This document shows, in pieces, positions 51,157-60,003 of a stretch of 64,000 nucleotides of DNA. The stretch comes from an uncultured Spirochaetales bacterium. Lineage in GTDB: Bacteria > Myxococcota_A > UBA9160 > SMWR01. The stretch covers positions 1,752 through 65,751 of the forward strand of contig CAZYOL010000001.1 of NCBI GenBank assembly GCA_964649065.1. Reading direction: 5' to 3'. Made by a program: the position numbers and the translations under genes. A model generated the notes under the pieces. It searched no databases. It saw nothing but the letters and a program-made list of their open reading frames with translations, and was not told the DNA's origin. The first letter of the stretch is position 1. Each line of letters opens with the position of its first letter.

Positions 51157-52259
51157 AGTTCGCGATGTTCTACGAGATTCCGGTGGCGAGGCCCTGGCAC
51201 GATCGCAGCGAGCAGCAGGCCTATCGCGAGGTGCTCGAGCAGGTCGTCTTCGGGGAGCAGATGGGCTTCGAATCGGTGTGGACCGTCGAGCACCACTTCC
51301 TCGAGGAGTACTCCCACTGCTCGAATCCGGAGGTCCTCTACGGTGCGATCGCCGCGTGCACCGAACGTATCCGCATCGGCTACGGCGTGCGCCTGGCTCC
51401 CAAGCCCTACAACCATCCGGTTCGCTCGGCCGAGTCGGCCGCCGTCCTCGACCTGCTCTCCGACGGGCGCGTCGAGTTCGGCACCGGTCGCTCCAGTACC
51501 CGCCTGGAGCTCGAGGGCTTCGGGGTACACCCCGACGAGACGCGCGAGATGTGGCTCGAGGCCGTCGGGCACATCGTGCACTGCTGGACCGAGGAGTACA
51601 ACCAGTTCCAGGGCCGGCACTGGCAGCTGCCGCGTCGCCGGGTCCAGCCCAAGCCCATCCAGCGCCCCCACCCTCCGATCTGGGGGGCGACGGGCAGCCC
51701 CGAAGGGCACCGCATGATGGGCGAGCTGGGCCTGGGCCTGCTCTCCTTCAGCGTGGGCACCTCTCCCGACCAGCTGACGGAGCGCCTCGAGCTCTACCGT
51801 GCCGGCCTGGCGCGCTGCCGGCAGCCTCTCGGGGCCGAGATCAACGATCGCGCCGCCTGCTTCACGATGGTGAACTGCGCGCCGACCCGAGAGGAGAGCT
51901 ACGAGGTCTCGCGCCGCTCCTTCGAGTGGTATCTGCGCCACTCGGCCGAGATGGTGGCCTCGGTGCCCGCCTGGCTCGACGAGATGAAGCAGGCCGAGCA
52001 CGGCAGCTACGCCTATCTCGACGAGGCCGCGCAGATGGTGGGCCAGAAGCTCCACGAGCTGGCCACGCTCGAGGCCCTGCTCGAGATGAACGCCTGCATC
52101 GCGGGCGACCCGGAGGAGGTGATCGAGCGCTGCCGGGCCTACCGGGCCACCGGCGCGGATCTCCTGCTCTGCCTCTTCAACCCCTACGACGTTCCGCACG
52201 AAAAGGTCATGCAGACCCTCGAGCTGTTCGGGAAGCACGTCATCCCCGCCTTCGACTAG
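51153..52259 (+). CDS. LLM-class (luciferase-like) flavin-dependent oxidoreductase
   Basis: TTG at 51153 (TTGA overlap, GGAGGGAG RBS). MKFAMFYE..., GFESVWTVEHHF, DLLSDGRVEFGTGRS, PHPPIWGA. Confidence 0.9.
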   Translation: MKFAMFYEIPVARPWHDRSEQQAYREVLEQVVFGEQMGFESVWTVEHHFLEEYSHCSNPEVLYGAIAACTERIRIGYGVRLAPKPYNHPVRSAESAAVLDLLSDGRVEFGTGRSSTRLELEGFGVHPDETREMWLEAVGHIVHCWTEEYNQFQGRHWQLPRRRVQPKPIQRPHPPIWGATGSPEGHRMMGELGLGLLSFSVGTSPDQLTERLELYRAGLARCRQPLGAEINDRAACFTMVNCAPTREESYEVSRRSFEWYLRHSAEMVASVPAWLDEMKQAEHGSYAYLDEAAQMVGQKLHELATLEALLEMNACIAGDPEEVIERCRAYRATGADLLLCLFNPYDVPHEKVMQTLELFGKHVIPAFD

Positions 52260-52268
52260 GAGAGAGCC

Positions 52269-53510
52269 ATGGCAGCACCGGTCCAGAGCTTCGACCGCAA
52301 CATCGTCCACCCCGACGTCTACGCCGACCACGGCTATCCCCACGACATCTGGACCTGGCTGCGCCAGAACGACCCGCTGCACCGCTGGGAGAGGACGGCG
52401 GGCCTGCCCTTCTGGGCGGTGACCAAGCGCGCCGACATCGTCGAGATCTCCACCCAGCCCGAGATCTTCCTGAACGGCCCCCGGCTGGTGATCTCCCACG
52501 AGCCCGAGGTCCGCAACGAGGAGTTTCCGCCGACGCTGATCCAGATGGACAACCCGCGGCACAGCGCCTACCGGAAGCTGGTGAGCCACCGCTTCAAGCC
52601 CGCTGGCCTGCGCCGCATCCACCACGACATCGAGCGGATCGGCAAGGAGATCGTCGACGCTCTGATCGAGAAGGAGGAGTGGAGCTGCGACTTCGTGAAG
52701 GAGGTCAGCGCTCCGCTGCCGATCGCCGTGATCGCCTGGCTGCTCGGCGTGCCCCGGGCCGACTGGGATCAGCTCTTCGACTGGACCAACCGGACCATCG
52801 GCTCGGCCGATCCCGAGTACCAGCGGGAGGGGCAGGACCAGCAGGCCACGGGCCGCGCCGCCATGATCGAGCTCTTCACCTACTTCAGCCAGCTGGTGGA
52901 GGAGAAGAAGAAGAATCCCTCGGACGACCTGATCTCGCTCTTCGCCACCGCGGAGATCGACGGCGAGAAGCTCGAGCCGATGGACGTGCTCGCCTGGTGC
53001 CTGATCATCGTCGTGGCGGGGAACGAGACCACCCGCAACGGGACCACCGGCGGAATGCTGGCCTTCATCGAGCACCAGGACCAGCTGCGCAAGCTCCAGG
53101 CCCAGCCGGAGCTGCTGCCCCTGGCCGTCGAGGAGGTCGTGCGCTGGACCAGCCCGATCATCCACTTCGCCCGCACCGCCACGCGCGACTACGAGCTGCG
53201 CGGCAAGACCATCCGCGAGGGCGATGCGCTGGCGCTCTTCTACCCCTCGGCCAACCGCGACGAGGAGGTCTTCGAGGAGCCGAATCGCTTCCGGATCGAC
53301 CGCAATCCGAATCGCCACGTCGGCTTCGGGGTGGGCGAGCACTTCTGTCTCGGCGTGCATCTGGCCCGGCTCGAGCTGGAGGTCGCCTACAAGCACCTGC
53401 TCCCGCGGATCGAGGAGATCGAGCTGGCCGGGCCCGTCGAGCGGCTGCGCTCGAGCCTGGTCGGGGGCGTGAAGCACCTGCCGATCCGCTACAGGCTGCG
53501 GCCCACCTAG
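52269..53510 (+). CDS. cytochrome P450 (class I bacterial, AGNETT I-helix)
   Basis: GGAGAG RBS. I-helix IIVVAGNETTRNGT, ExxR in EEVVRW, heme loop FGVGEHFCLGVHLARLE. Confidence 0.93.
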   Translation: MAAPVQSFDRNIVHPDVYADHGYPHDIWTWLRQNDPLHRWERTAGLPFWAVTKRADIVEISTQPEIFLNGPRLVISHEPEVRNEEFPPTLIQMDNPRHSAYRKLVSHRFKPAGLRRIHHDIERIGKEIVDALIEKEEWSCDFVKEVSAPLPIAVIAWLLGVPRADWDQLFDWTNRTIGSADPEYQREGQDQQATGRAAMIELFTYFSQLVEEKKKNPSDDLISLFATAEIDGEKLEPMDVLAWCLIIVVAGNETTRNGTTGGMLAFIEHQDQLRKLQAQPELLPLAVEEVVRWTSPIIHFARTATRDYELRGKTIREGDALALFYPSANRDEEVFEEPNRFRIDRNPNRHVGFGVGEHFCLGVHLARLELEVAYKHLLPRIEEIELAGPVERLRSSLVGGVKHLPIRYRLRPT

Positions 53511-53551
53511 ACCCTCCGCGAAGGAGACGCTCCCGGCTACTCTGCGCGCCG

Positions 53552-54574
53552 ATGGGGCTGGGCGCAGCGCGGCGGGTCGGACTCGTCGTGGCGGCCAACC
53601 TCGCCGGGGCCGCGCTCCTGCTGGCGCTCCTCGAGGGCATCGCGCGGGGGCTGGCCCCGGCGGAGCCGCCGGCCCTCTTCGACCTGCCCGAGCTGCACCG
53701 GCGCGGCCGGCCCTTCGTGGTCGCGCACCCGCAGCGCGGCTTCGCGCTGCGCCCCGGATTCGCCAGCGAGGAGATCCGCGTCGGTGCGTGGGGCCTGCGG
53801 GGCCCGGAGCGCAGCCCGCCCTTCGCGGGCCCGCTGCTGCTCGCGGTGGGCGACTCGACGGTCTTCGGCTGGGGCGTTCGGGACGACGAGGCCTGGCCCG
53901 CGGTCCTGGAGCGACGCCTTCCGGGCGTCACCGTGCTGAACGCCGGCGTGCCCTCCTACACCTCGCCCCAGGCGCGCGCCTACCTGGACGAGCTGCTGCC
54001 GCGCTTCTCGCCGGACATCGTGCTGATCGGCGTGCTCTGGAACGACATCTGGTTCTCCTCCCTGGATCCCTGGTACCCCGAGGCGCTCGTGCTGCGCCGG
54101 CCCCGCGCCTGGCGGCGCTGGCTCTTCGAGCACTCCGCCCTCTTCCGGGCCCTGGCGCTGCGGGGACGGCCGCGCGCGGCGCGCCAGGACGTCTTCAACA
54201 CCCGAGCCCTGGACCACTACGCGAGCCAGCTCGATGCGATGGCACGCGCCTGTGCCCGGGCCGGGGCCCGGCTCGTCTTTCTGGCCCCGCCCTTCGACGA
54301 GTCGCACCTGCGCGAGGACGGCGGCACGCCCCTGGGCCAGCTTCACTTCAGTCGCCCCTTCGTGGGCGAGCTCGCCCGGCGCTACACCGCAGCGCTCGCG
54401 GAGGTGGCCTCCCGCCACGGCGTGGCGGCGCTGGATCACCGCATCTCCCTCAGCACGCCGCGGCAGCCGCGCCTCTTCCTGGATGCCATCCACGCCACCG
54501 CCGAGGGCCACCGCCTGCTCGCCGGGGACGTGGCTCGCTTCCTGCGTCAGCAGGGCTGGCTGGAGTCGCCCTAG
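53552..54574 (+). CDS. membrane-anchored SGNH/GDSL family hydrolase
   Basis: ATG at 53552, in frame in shadow ORF 50837..54574. N-terminal TM helix. Block I LLLAVGDSTVFGWG, block III VLIGVLWNDI, block V LDAIHATAEGH. Confidence 0.8.
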   Translation: MGLGAARRVGLVVAANLAGAALLLALLEGIARGLAPAEPPALFDLPELHRRGRPFVVAHPQRGFALRPGFASEEIRVGAWGLRGPERSPPFAGPLLLAVGDSTVFGWGVRDDEAWPAVLERRLPGVTVLNAGVPSYTSPQARAYLDELLPRFSPDIVLIGVLWNDIWFSSLDPWYPEALVLRRPRAWRRWLFEHSALFRALALRGRPRAARQDVFNTRALDHYASQLDAMARACARAGARLVFLAPPFDESHLREDGGTPLGQLHFSRPFVGELARRYTAALAEVASRHGVAALDHRISLSTPRQPRLFLDAIHATAEGHRLLAGDVARFLRQQGWLESP

Positions 54575-54575
54575 G

Positions 54576-55490
54576 CTAGGAGCCCGGAGCGGAGTCGTCG
54601 GCGGCCGCCCGTCGCTCGGCGCGCTCCGCGAGGGTCTGGTCGAGGTAGGCGAGATAGGCCGAGATCAGCCGGAAGGACTCGAGGTACTCACCGATCTGGC
54701 TGTCGGCCAGCACGATCAGCATGGTGGGGATGTCGAAGTTGCTCGGCACCACGGGCACCTGCACCGTCTTGGCGACGCTGAAGCGTGGATCCAGCGCGAA
54801 GCCGGCCTGCCGGAGCTCGGTGGTGGTGAACTCGACCCGCCGCATGGGCACCTCGAGGGAGCGGCTCACCGAGCGCAGGTCCAGCTGCAGCTCGGGGTCG
54901 GCCTGGCGGAGCATCCGCAGCTGCCTCAGACCGCGGCTGCGCAGGTCGACCAGCGCAGTGACGGGCTCGCGCGCCTCGTCGCCCAAGGCCTTCAGGGCCA
55001 ACCGCGTCGCCGCCGGGCTGGCGCTGTCGCGGCTCTCGTGCCCGAAGGCCAGGAACAGATACGTGTGTCGGCGCGGCTCGGCCGCCAGCGCTCGGTAGAG
55101 GTTCGGGAGCATCGCGGCCGCAGGCCAGCCGTCGGCATCCGCGGAGCGCGGAGCGTCGTAGCTGGTGCTGACCAGGATCGTGGTCGGGCTGAGGCCCGGC
55201 AGGGCACAGAGCAGCAGCGGGCGCTGCGAGCTCTTCAGCTCGCGCAGCTCGACCTCGCCGCAGCCGGCCTCCTCGAAGAGCGCTCGTAGCCGTTCGTAGC
55301 GCGGCAGGCTCGGATCCGGGATGGGCAGGGCGCTGTCCATCAGCGCGTGCGGATCCTGGGCGATGCGTACCGTGCGATCGCCGGGGACCGACATCACCGA
55401 ATGGCCCGAGCAGGCGAGCGCCGACACCAGAGTCGAGAGAGCCACGGCGCGTCGCAGGGAGACCCGCCGTCTGAGCCGTCCAAGAACCAC
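54576..55490 (-). CDS. hypothetical lipoprotein (possibly degenerate M28-like fold)
   Basis: GTG at 55490. Lipobox LVSALAC. ILVSTSYDAP...ADGWPAAAMLPNLYRAL...YLFLAFGHE faintly recalls the M28 peptidase layout with substituted ligands. This is a low-confidence family call. Confidence 0.55.
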   Translation of the reverse strand: MVLGRLRRRVSLRRAVALSTLVSALACSGHSVMSVPGDRTVRIAQDPHALMDSALPIPDPSLPRYERLRALFEEAGCGEVELRELKSSQRPLLLCALPGLSPTTILVSTSYDAPRSADADGWPAAAMLPNLYRALAAEPRRHTYLFLAFGHESRDSASPAATRLALKALGDEAREPVTALVDLRSRGLRQLRMLRQADPELQLDLRSVSRSLEVPMRRVEFTTTELRQAGFALDPRFSVAKTVQVPVVPSNFDIPTMLIVLADSQIGEYLESFRLISAYLAYLDQTLAERAERRAAADDSAPGS

Positions 55491-55758
55491 CGCTACCCCT
55501 CTCTCGGCCCGCGCCTCTACCCTACCATGCCGCCCGGAATCCGCGATGGAGGCCGGAGGGTGCGCCGCGGCCCGTGAAACGCCGCTGGCGGCACTGCCGT
55601 GCGCGCTGGCCGTGCCCGCGCTCTTCTTCGGCCTGCTCGAGGGCTTCCTGGCGGGGGTGGAGACCCGAGACGCTGCACGGAGCCCTGGCGGCTCGTCCCG
55701 AGGTGGTCGTCGCCCGGCTGCTCGCGCGGCGCCTCGAGCGGCTCGCCGCGCCGGGCCC

Positions 55759-56064
55759 TCAGCCGAAGAGCGATCGCGCGCCCGAGGCGTCGTAGCGGAG
55801 CAGCTTCATCTCCGCGACGCCGAACCCGCCCATGGCCTTCTGGAAGGCGGCCATGTGCGGGGCCTTGAAATGGGCATCCAGGGCCTCCTGCGAATCCCAG
55901 TGCTCGAAGACGTGGAAGACGCCCTCGTCGGCCAGGTCCGCGGAGAAGACGTAGGCCGAGCAGCCGCTCTCCTGGCGGGTGGCCTCCATCACGGCGTGGG
56001 CGGCGGCGATCGCCTCGGATCGCTTGCTCGGGTCGATGCGGATGTGGCCGGCGATGACGATCAT
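55759..56064 (-). CDS. ABM-domain (antibiotic biosynthesis monooxygenase / YgiN-like) protein
   Basis: MIVIAGHIRIDPSKR...ESGCSAYVFSADLADEGVFHVFEHWDSQEALDAHFKAPHM is the typical ABM ferredoxin-like fold pattern. Confidence 0.85.
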   Translation of the reverse strand: MIVIAGHIRIDPSKRSEAIAAAHAVMEATRQESGCSAYVFSADLADEGVFHVFEHWDSQEALDAHFKAPHMAAFQKAMGGFGVAEMKLLRYDASGARSLFG

Positions 56065-56120
56065 GGCAGCTCCTCGCAGGTTCGACGCAGGCCGACCCTA
56101 CCCCGCACCCGCGTCGATCG

Positions 56121-57185
56121 TCAATGCTCGGAGCGGGGCAGCAGCATGCGCAGGCCGGCCACGGCCAGCGGCAGCACCACCGGGAAGGCCAGGAACCAGA
56201 CGCGCCCGATGTTCGCGCCGATCAGGAGCGGGATGGCGACGACCAGCGGCAGGATCCAGGTCGCGCGTCGCAGCGGGTGGCCCGGGGCCAGGCTGCGCCA
56301 GCCGAGGCCGGCCAGCAGCCAGCAGGCGCCGAAGCACAGGGCCCCGTCGACGGCGAGGCGCGCCAGGCGCTGCGGCCGCGCCAGGCCCTGCAGGTTGCGG
56401 AGCAGGGTGGCCGGGTCGTAGGCGTAGCCGACCTCGGTGGGCAGGATCCAGCTGCGCAGGACGCCGTAGGCGAGCAGGGCCGGGGCGCAGGCCAGCAGGG
56501 CCCACAGCAGGTCGCGACGCCGGCGGCACAGCAGCGGTGCGAAGGCCACGACCAGGAAGACGGTCTCGCGGACCAGGGCGCCGACGGCAACGGCCAGCGC
56601 CAGCCAGGCGAAGCGGCGCGCCTGCAGCGCCAGCAGCGCGGCCAGCAGCGTGGCGTAGGAGCTGGCGTCGACGATCGGCACGCCCGCGTAGTTGACGACG
56701 AAGAAGGAGGTCAGGAAGAGCAGCGCGCCGAGCAGCCCCTCCTCGGGAGAGAAGCCCATGCGGGCCATCCAGGCCGCCAGCAGCCAGGCCGCGAGCGCCA
56801 GCGAGAGGCAGTTCACCACGCCGAAGCGGAAGGCGATCACGCGATCGGGGGTGATGTCGAAGATGGCGTCGGCGGCGGCGGGCGGGGGCGGAACCAGGCG
56901 CACCAGCCAGGGCACCGCGATCCGGTAGCGGTAGGGCTTGGGGATCTCGGTCAGCGGGGCTCCGCCCGCCATGCGCACGTACTGCGCGACGTCGCCCTCG
57001 CGCCCGCCGGTGGCCGGGTCGCTCAGGTCGTGGCGTGCGACGTGGAAGTAGGTGACCGAGCCCGAGGCCGAGAGCAGCAGCGCGAAGAGCAGCAGGCCGC
57101 GTCCCGCCGCCAGCGCTCGCGCCCGGAGCTCCGCGCGCCGGGCCGAGCCGGCCGGCGCCGCCTCGATCGTCACCCCACTCGCCAC
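56121..57185 (-). CDS. polytopic membrane protein, unknown function
   Basis: About 9 hydrophobic helices (LLLFALLLSASG, CLSLALAAWLLAAWM, LLGALLFLTSFFVV, ...WILPLVVAIPLLIGANIGRVWFLAFPVVLPL). The start is uncertain (GTG 57185 or 57173). Confidence 0.65.
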   Translation of the reverse strand: MASGVTIEAAPAGSARRAELRARALAAGRGLLLFALLLSASGSVTYFHVARHDLSDPATGGREGDVAQYVRMAGGAPLTEIPKPYRYRIAVPWLVRLVPPPPAAADAIFDITPDRVIAFRFGVVNCLSLALAAWLLAAWMARMGFSPEEGLLGALLFLTSFFVVNYAGVPIVDASSYATLLAALLALQARRFAWLALAVAVGALVRETVFLVVAFAPLLCRRRRDLLWALLACAPALLAYGVLRSWILPTEVGYAYDPATLLRNLQGLARPQRLARLAVDGALCFGACWLLAGLGWRSLAPGHPLRRATWILPLVVAIPLLIGANIGRVWFLAFPVVLPLAVAGLRMLLPRSEH

Positions 57186-57264
57186 GCACCTGGAGTCGGG
57201 CGCGCGGGCCTCCAGCTTGAGCGGAAGCCTCGCGTCCCGTCGCAGCGCGGGCCCGTGCCGGCGC

Positions 57265-58374
57265 TCAGGCCAGCCCGCTCACCTCGCTGCGCTTCAGCAC
57301 GCGACAGCGCGGCTCCGGGTGAGAGTCGGCGCGCACCCAGCGCACGCACATGGTCCCGTGGTGGTGCCCGGAGGTGTCCATCCAGTTGGGTACGCCCGGA
57401 TCCTCGTGGGCGACGGCGATGCGCACGCTGCCGTCTTCGCGGCGCTGGGCCTGGCCGCTGTTCACGTGCACCCTGCGGAAACGGTAGTCGAGGGACTCGG
57501 CCCAGATGTTGCCGAGCTGGAAGTTCCAGTAGTGGCAGGCCGGGGGGACCAGGTCGACGACCAGGACCTCCTCGGGCGCCAGCTCCCAGCGCCCCAGCCA
57601 GATGCGGATGTTCGGATCGCCTCCCACCAGGCGGTGGTTCTCCGGGTCCGGCAGGTGGAACCGGTTGGGCGGGGCCTGGTCGAGGAAGGAGACCACCCAG
57701 TCGGCGAACCACTGGGCGCAGCCGATGGCGTAGAGGGCGGAGCCCATCAGCTGCCCCGGGACGCGCTCCGGATCCAGCGGCGCCGGAGCGCCCTCGGCCT
57801 CCAGGCACTCGATCGCAAGCTCCACCGGCTGCTCGCGCTCCCGGTGCAGGAAGGTCTGGCGGACCAGGATCTGGGCCGTGTCCGGGCTCATGCGCAGCCA
57901 GTTGCCCGGCTGCGGCTGCTGGCTGGCGAGGATCTCGAAGCTGCCGTCCGGGGCCAGCTCCAGCTCGCTGTCGTTCAGGTGGCCGGCGCCTCCGGTCAGC
58001 CGCTCGCGCGCCGCGAAGTTCTGGTTCTGGGCGGCGAAGCTCAGGTAGTGGATGGAGCCCCGCCGGCCGCGGATGCGGTAGCTCAGGTTCCCCTTCACCG
58101 AGGCGCTGACGTAGTAGTTGTCCGGATTGTCGAGGCCCATCTTGACGCCCTCCGGCATGGCCCGGAAGACGGGGTGCTCGGGGCCGCTGGACTCGGCGAA
58201 GGAGACGAGGCCCGCTCTCAGCAGGCGGCTCAGGTAGCGGAGGCCCTCGGCCCGGTCGAAGGGGCTGGTGCCCAGATCTTCCCGCTGCAGCACCTCGCCG
58301 GCCTTCTTCAGCAGCTCGCAGAACTCGGACCAGGCCTCGCCGCTCTGCACCTTCTCGATCGGGCTCTCGCTCAT
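57265..58374 (-). CDS. DUF1214-like protein, unknown function
   Basis: ATG at 58374 after GGAGAGG. Soluble 369-aa protein with EGLRYLSRLLRAGL, LDNPDNYYVSASV and YWNFQLGNIWAESLDY, as I recall for DUF1214 proteins. Confidence 0.65.
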   Translation of the reverse strand: MSESPIEKVQSGEAWSEFCELLKKAGEVLQREDLGTSPFDRAEGLRYLSRLLRAGLVSFAESSGPEHPVFRAMPEGVKMGLDNPDNYYVSASVKGNLSYRIRGRRGSIHYLSFAAQNQNFAARERLTGGAGHLNDSELELAPDGSFEILASQQPQPGNWLRMSPDTAQILVRQTFLHREREQPVELAIECLEAEGAPAPLDPERVPGQLMGSALYAIGCAQWFADWVVSFLDQAPPNRFHLPDPENHRLVGGDPNIRIWLGRWELAPEEVLVVDLVPPACHYWNFQLGNIWAESLDYRFRRVHVNSGQAQRREDGSVRIAVAHEDPGVPNWMDTSGHHHGTMCVRWVRADSHPEPRCRVLKRSEVSGLA

Positions 58375-58459
58375 CCGCCTCTCCGTCGGCTCCGCACTCC
58401 GATCGATCCTACCGCTCCCGGATGGGATACGCTCTCGCGCCCGTAGGGAGCGCTCCTCC

Positions 58460-59977
58460 ATGTCGCTGCGCATCGCGATCATCGGCTCCGGCTTCTCCGG
58501 CCTGTGCCTCGGCATAGAGCTCAAGAAGGCGGGCTTCGCCGACTTCACCGTCTACGAGAAGGCCGAGGGCCTGGGCGGGACCTGGCGCGAGAACACCTAT
58601 CCCGGGGCGGCCTGCGACTCGCCCTCTTTCGCCTACTGCTTCTCCTTCGCCCAGAAGACCGACTGGTCGCGCAAGTGGGCTCCCCAGCCCGAGATCCTCG
58701 GCTACCTGGAGCAGTGCGCGGACGACTTCGGCCTGCGCCCCCATCTCCGCTTCGGGACCGAGATCGCGAGCGCGCGCTTCGATCCACTGGCCGGCCTCTG
58801 GGAGCTCAGGACGAGCGAGGGCGAGACGATCGAGGCGGAGGTGCTGATCAGCTCGGTGGGCCAGCTGAACCGGCCCTTCGTCCCGCAGCTCCCGGGCCTC
58901 TCGGACTTCCGGGGGCCCTGCTTCCACTCGGCGGGCTGGGACGACCGGGTGCCCCTGGAGGGGCGCCCGGTGGCGGTGATCGGCAACGCCGCCAGCGCCA
59001 TCCAGCTGGTTCCGCGCGTCGCGGAGCGGGCCTCGCGACTCAGCATCTTCCAGCGCAGCGCCAACTGGATGATGCCGAAGGGCGACCGCGAGTACAGCGA
59101 GGCCGAGAGGCGGCGCTTCGCGCGTTCCCCCTGGCTGGCCCGCCTGTACCGCTGGTGGATCTGGCTCTCCTTCGAGCTGCGCTGGCCGCTCTTCCGCGGC
59201 AACCGCTGGATGCGGCGCAACGCCGAGCGGCTCTCCCTGCGGCACATGCACGCCGCGGTCGCCGACCCCGAGCTGCGGGAGGCGCTGACGCCGGACTACC
59301 CGATCGGCGGCAAGCGCATCCGCATCTCCGACGACTACTACTCGACACTGGTGCGCGACGACGTCGAGCTGGTCACCAGCGGAATCGAGCGCATCGTGGA
59401 GGACGGGGTGGTCGACCGGGAGGGGCGTCACCACCCCGCCGAGGTGCTGGTGCTGGCGACCGGCTTCGAGTCCACCTCCTTCCTCGTCCCCATGCGCATC
59501 GAGGGCCTCGGCGGCCGCCTCCTGCAGGACGAGTGGGGTGACGGCGCCCACGCCTACCTGGGAATCAGCGTCGCGGGCTTCCCGAACTTCTTCATGACCT
59601 ACGGGCCCAACACGAATCTCGGTCACAACAGCATCATCTTCATGATCGAGTGCCAGAGCCGCTACATCCTGGGCTGCCTCGAGGCGATGCGCGCCCGGGA
59701 GCTGGCCTGGATCGACCTGCGCCCGGAGGTGCAGGAGGACTTCAACCTGCAGCTCCAGGAGGAGCTGGCCTCGACGGTCTGGTCGCAGACGGGCAAGAGC
59801 TGGTACAAGACCGATTCGGGACGCATCACCAACAACTGGTCCGGGACGACGCTGCGCTACTGGTGGCGCACCCGCCGTCCCGCGCTGCGCTGCTACCGCC
59901 AGGTCGCGCGCAGCGCGTCTCGGCCCGCCGGCTCCAGGGCGGTCGCTCCCGACTCGGTCGCTGCGGCCGGGAGCTGA
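58460..59977 (+). CDS. flavin-containing / Baeyer-Villiger-type monooxygenase
   Basis: FAD site IAIIGSGFSGLCLG, GGTWRENTYPGAACD, BVMO fingerprint FRGPCFHSAGWD (FxGxxxHxxxWD), NADP site VAVIGNAASAIQ, ATGF. Confidence 0.9.
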   Translation: MSLRIAIIGSGFSGLCLGIELKKAGFADFTVYEKAEGLGGTWRENTYPGAACDSPSFAYCFSFAQKTDWSRKWAPQPEILGYLEQCADDFGLRPHLRFGTEIASARFDPLAGLWELRTSEGETIEAEVLISSVGQLNRPFVPQLPGLSDFRGPCFHSAGWDDRVPLEGRPVAVIGNAASAIQLVPRVAERASRLSIFQRSANWMMPKGDREYSEAERRRFARSPWLARLYRWWIWLSFELRWPLFRGNRWMRRNAERLSLRHMHAAVADPELREALTPDYPIGGKRIRISDDYYSTLVRDDVELVTSGIERIVEDGVVDREGRHHPAEVLVLATGFESTSFLVPMRIEGLGGRLLQDEWGDGAHAYLGISVAGFPNFFMTYGPNTNLGHNSIIFMIECQSRYILGCLEAMRARELAWIDLRPEVQEDFNLQLQEELASTVWSQTGKSWYKTDSGRITNNWSGTTLRYWWRTRRPALRCYRQVARSASRPAGSRAVAPDSVAAAGS

Positions 59978-60003
59978 GCCACCGCGATGGCGCCGTCTGG
60001 GCC

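Noticed and set aside
55491-55758. 268-nt gap containing a short plus-strand ORF fragment (MEAGGCAAARETPLAALPCALAVPALFFGLLEGFLAGVE...) that vaguely resembles the N-terminal anchor of the SGNH hydrolase at 53552
   Set aside because: The similarity is limited to a hydrophobic LLEG string. The frame then degenerates into Arg/Ala-rich sequence and runs antisense into the ABM gene. It could be a gene remnant, but the evidence is too thin to call a pseudogene.
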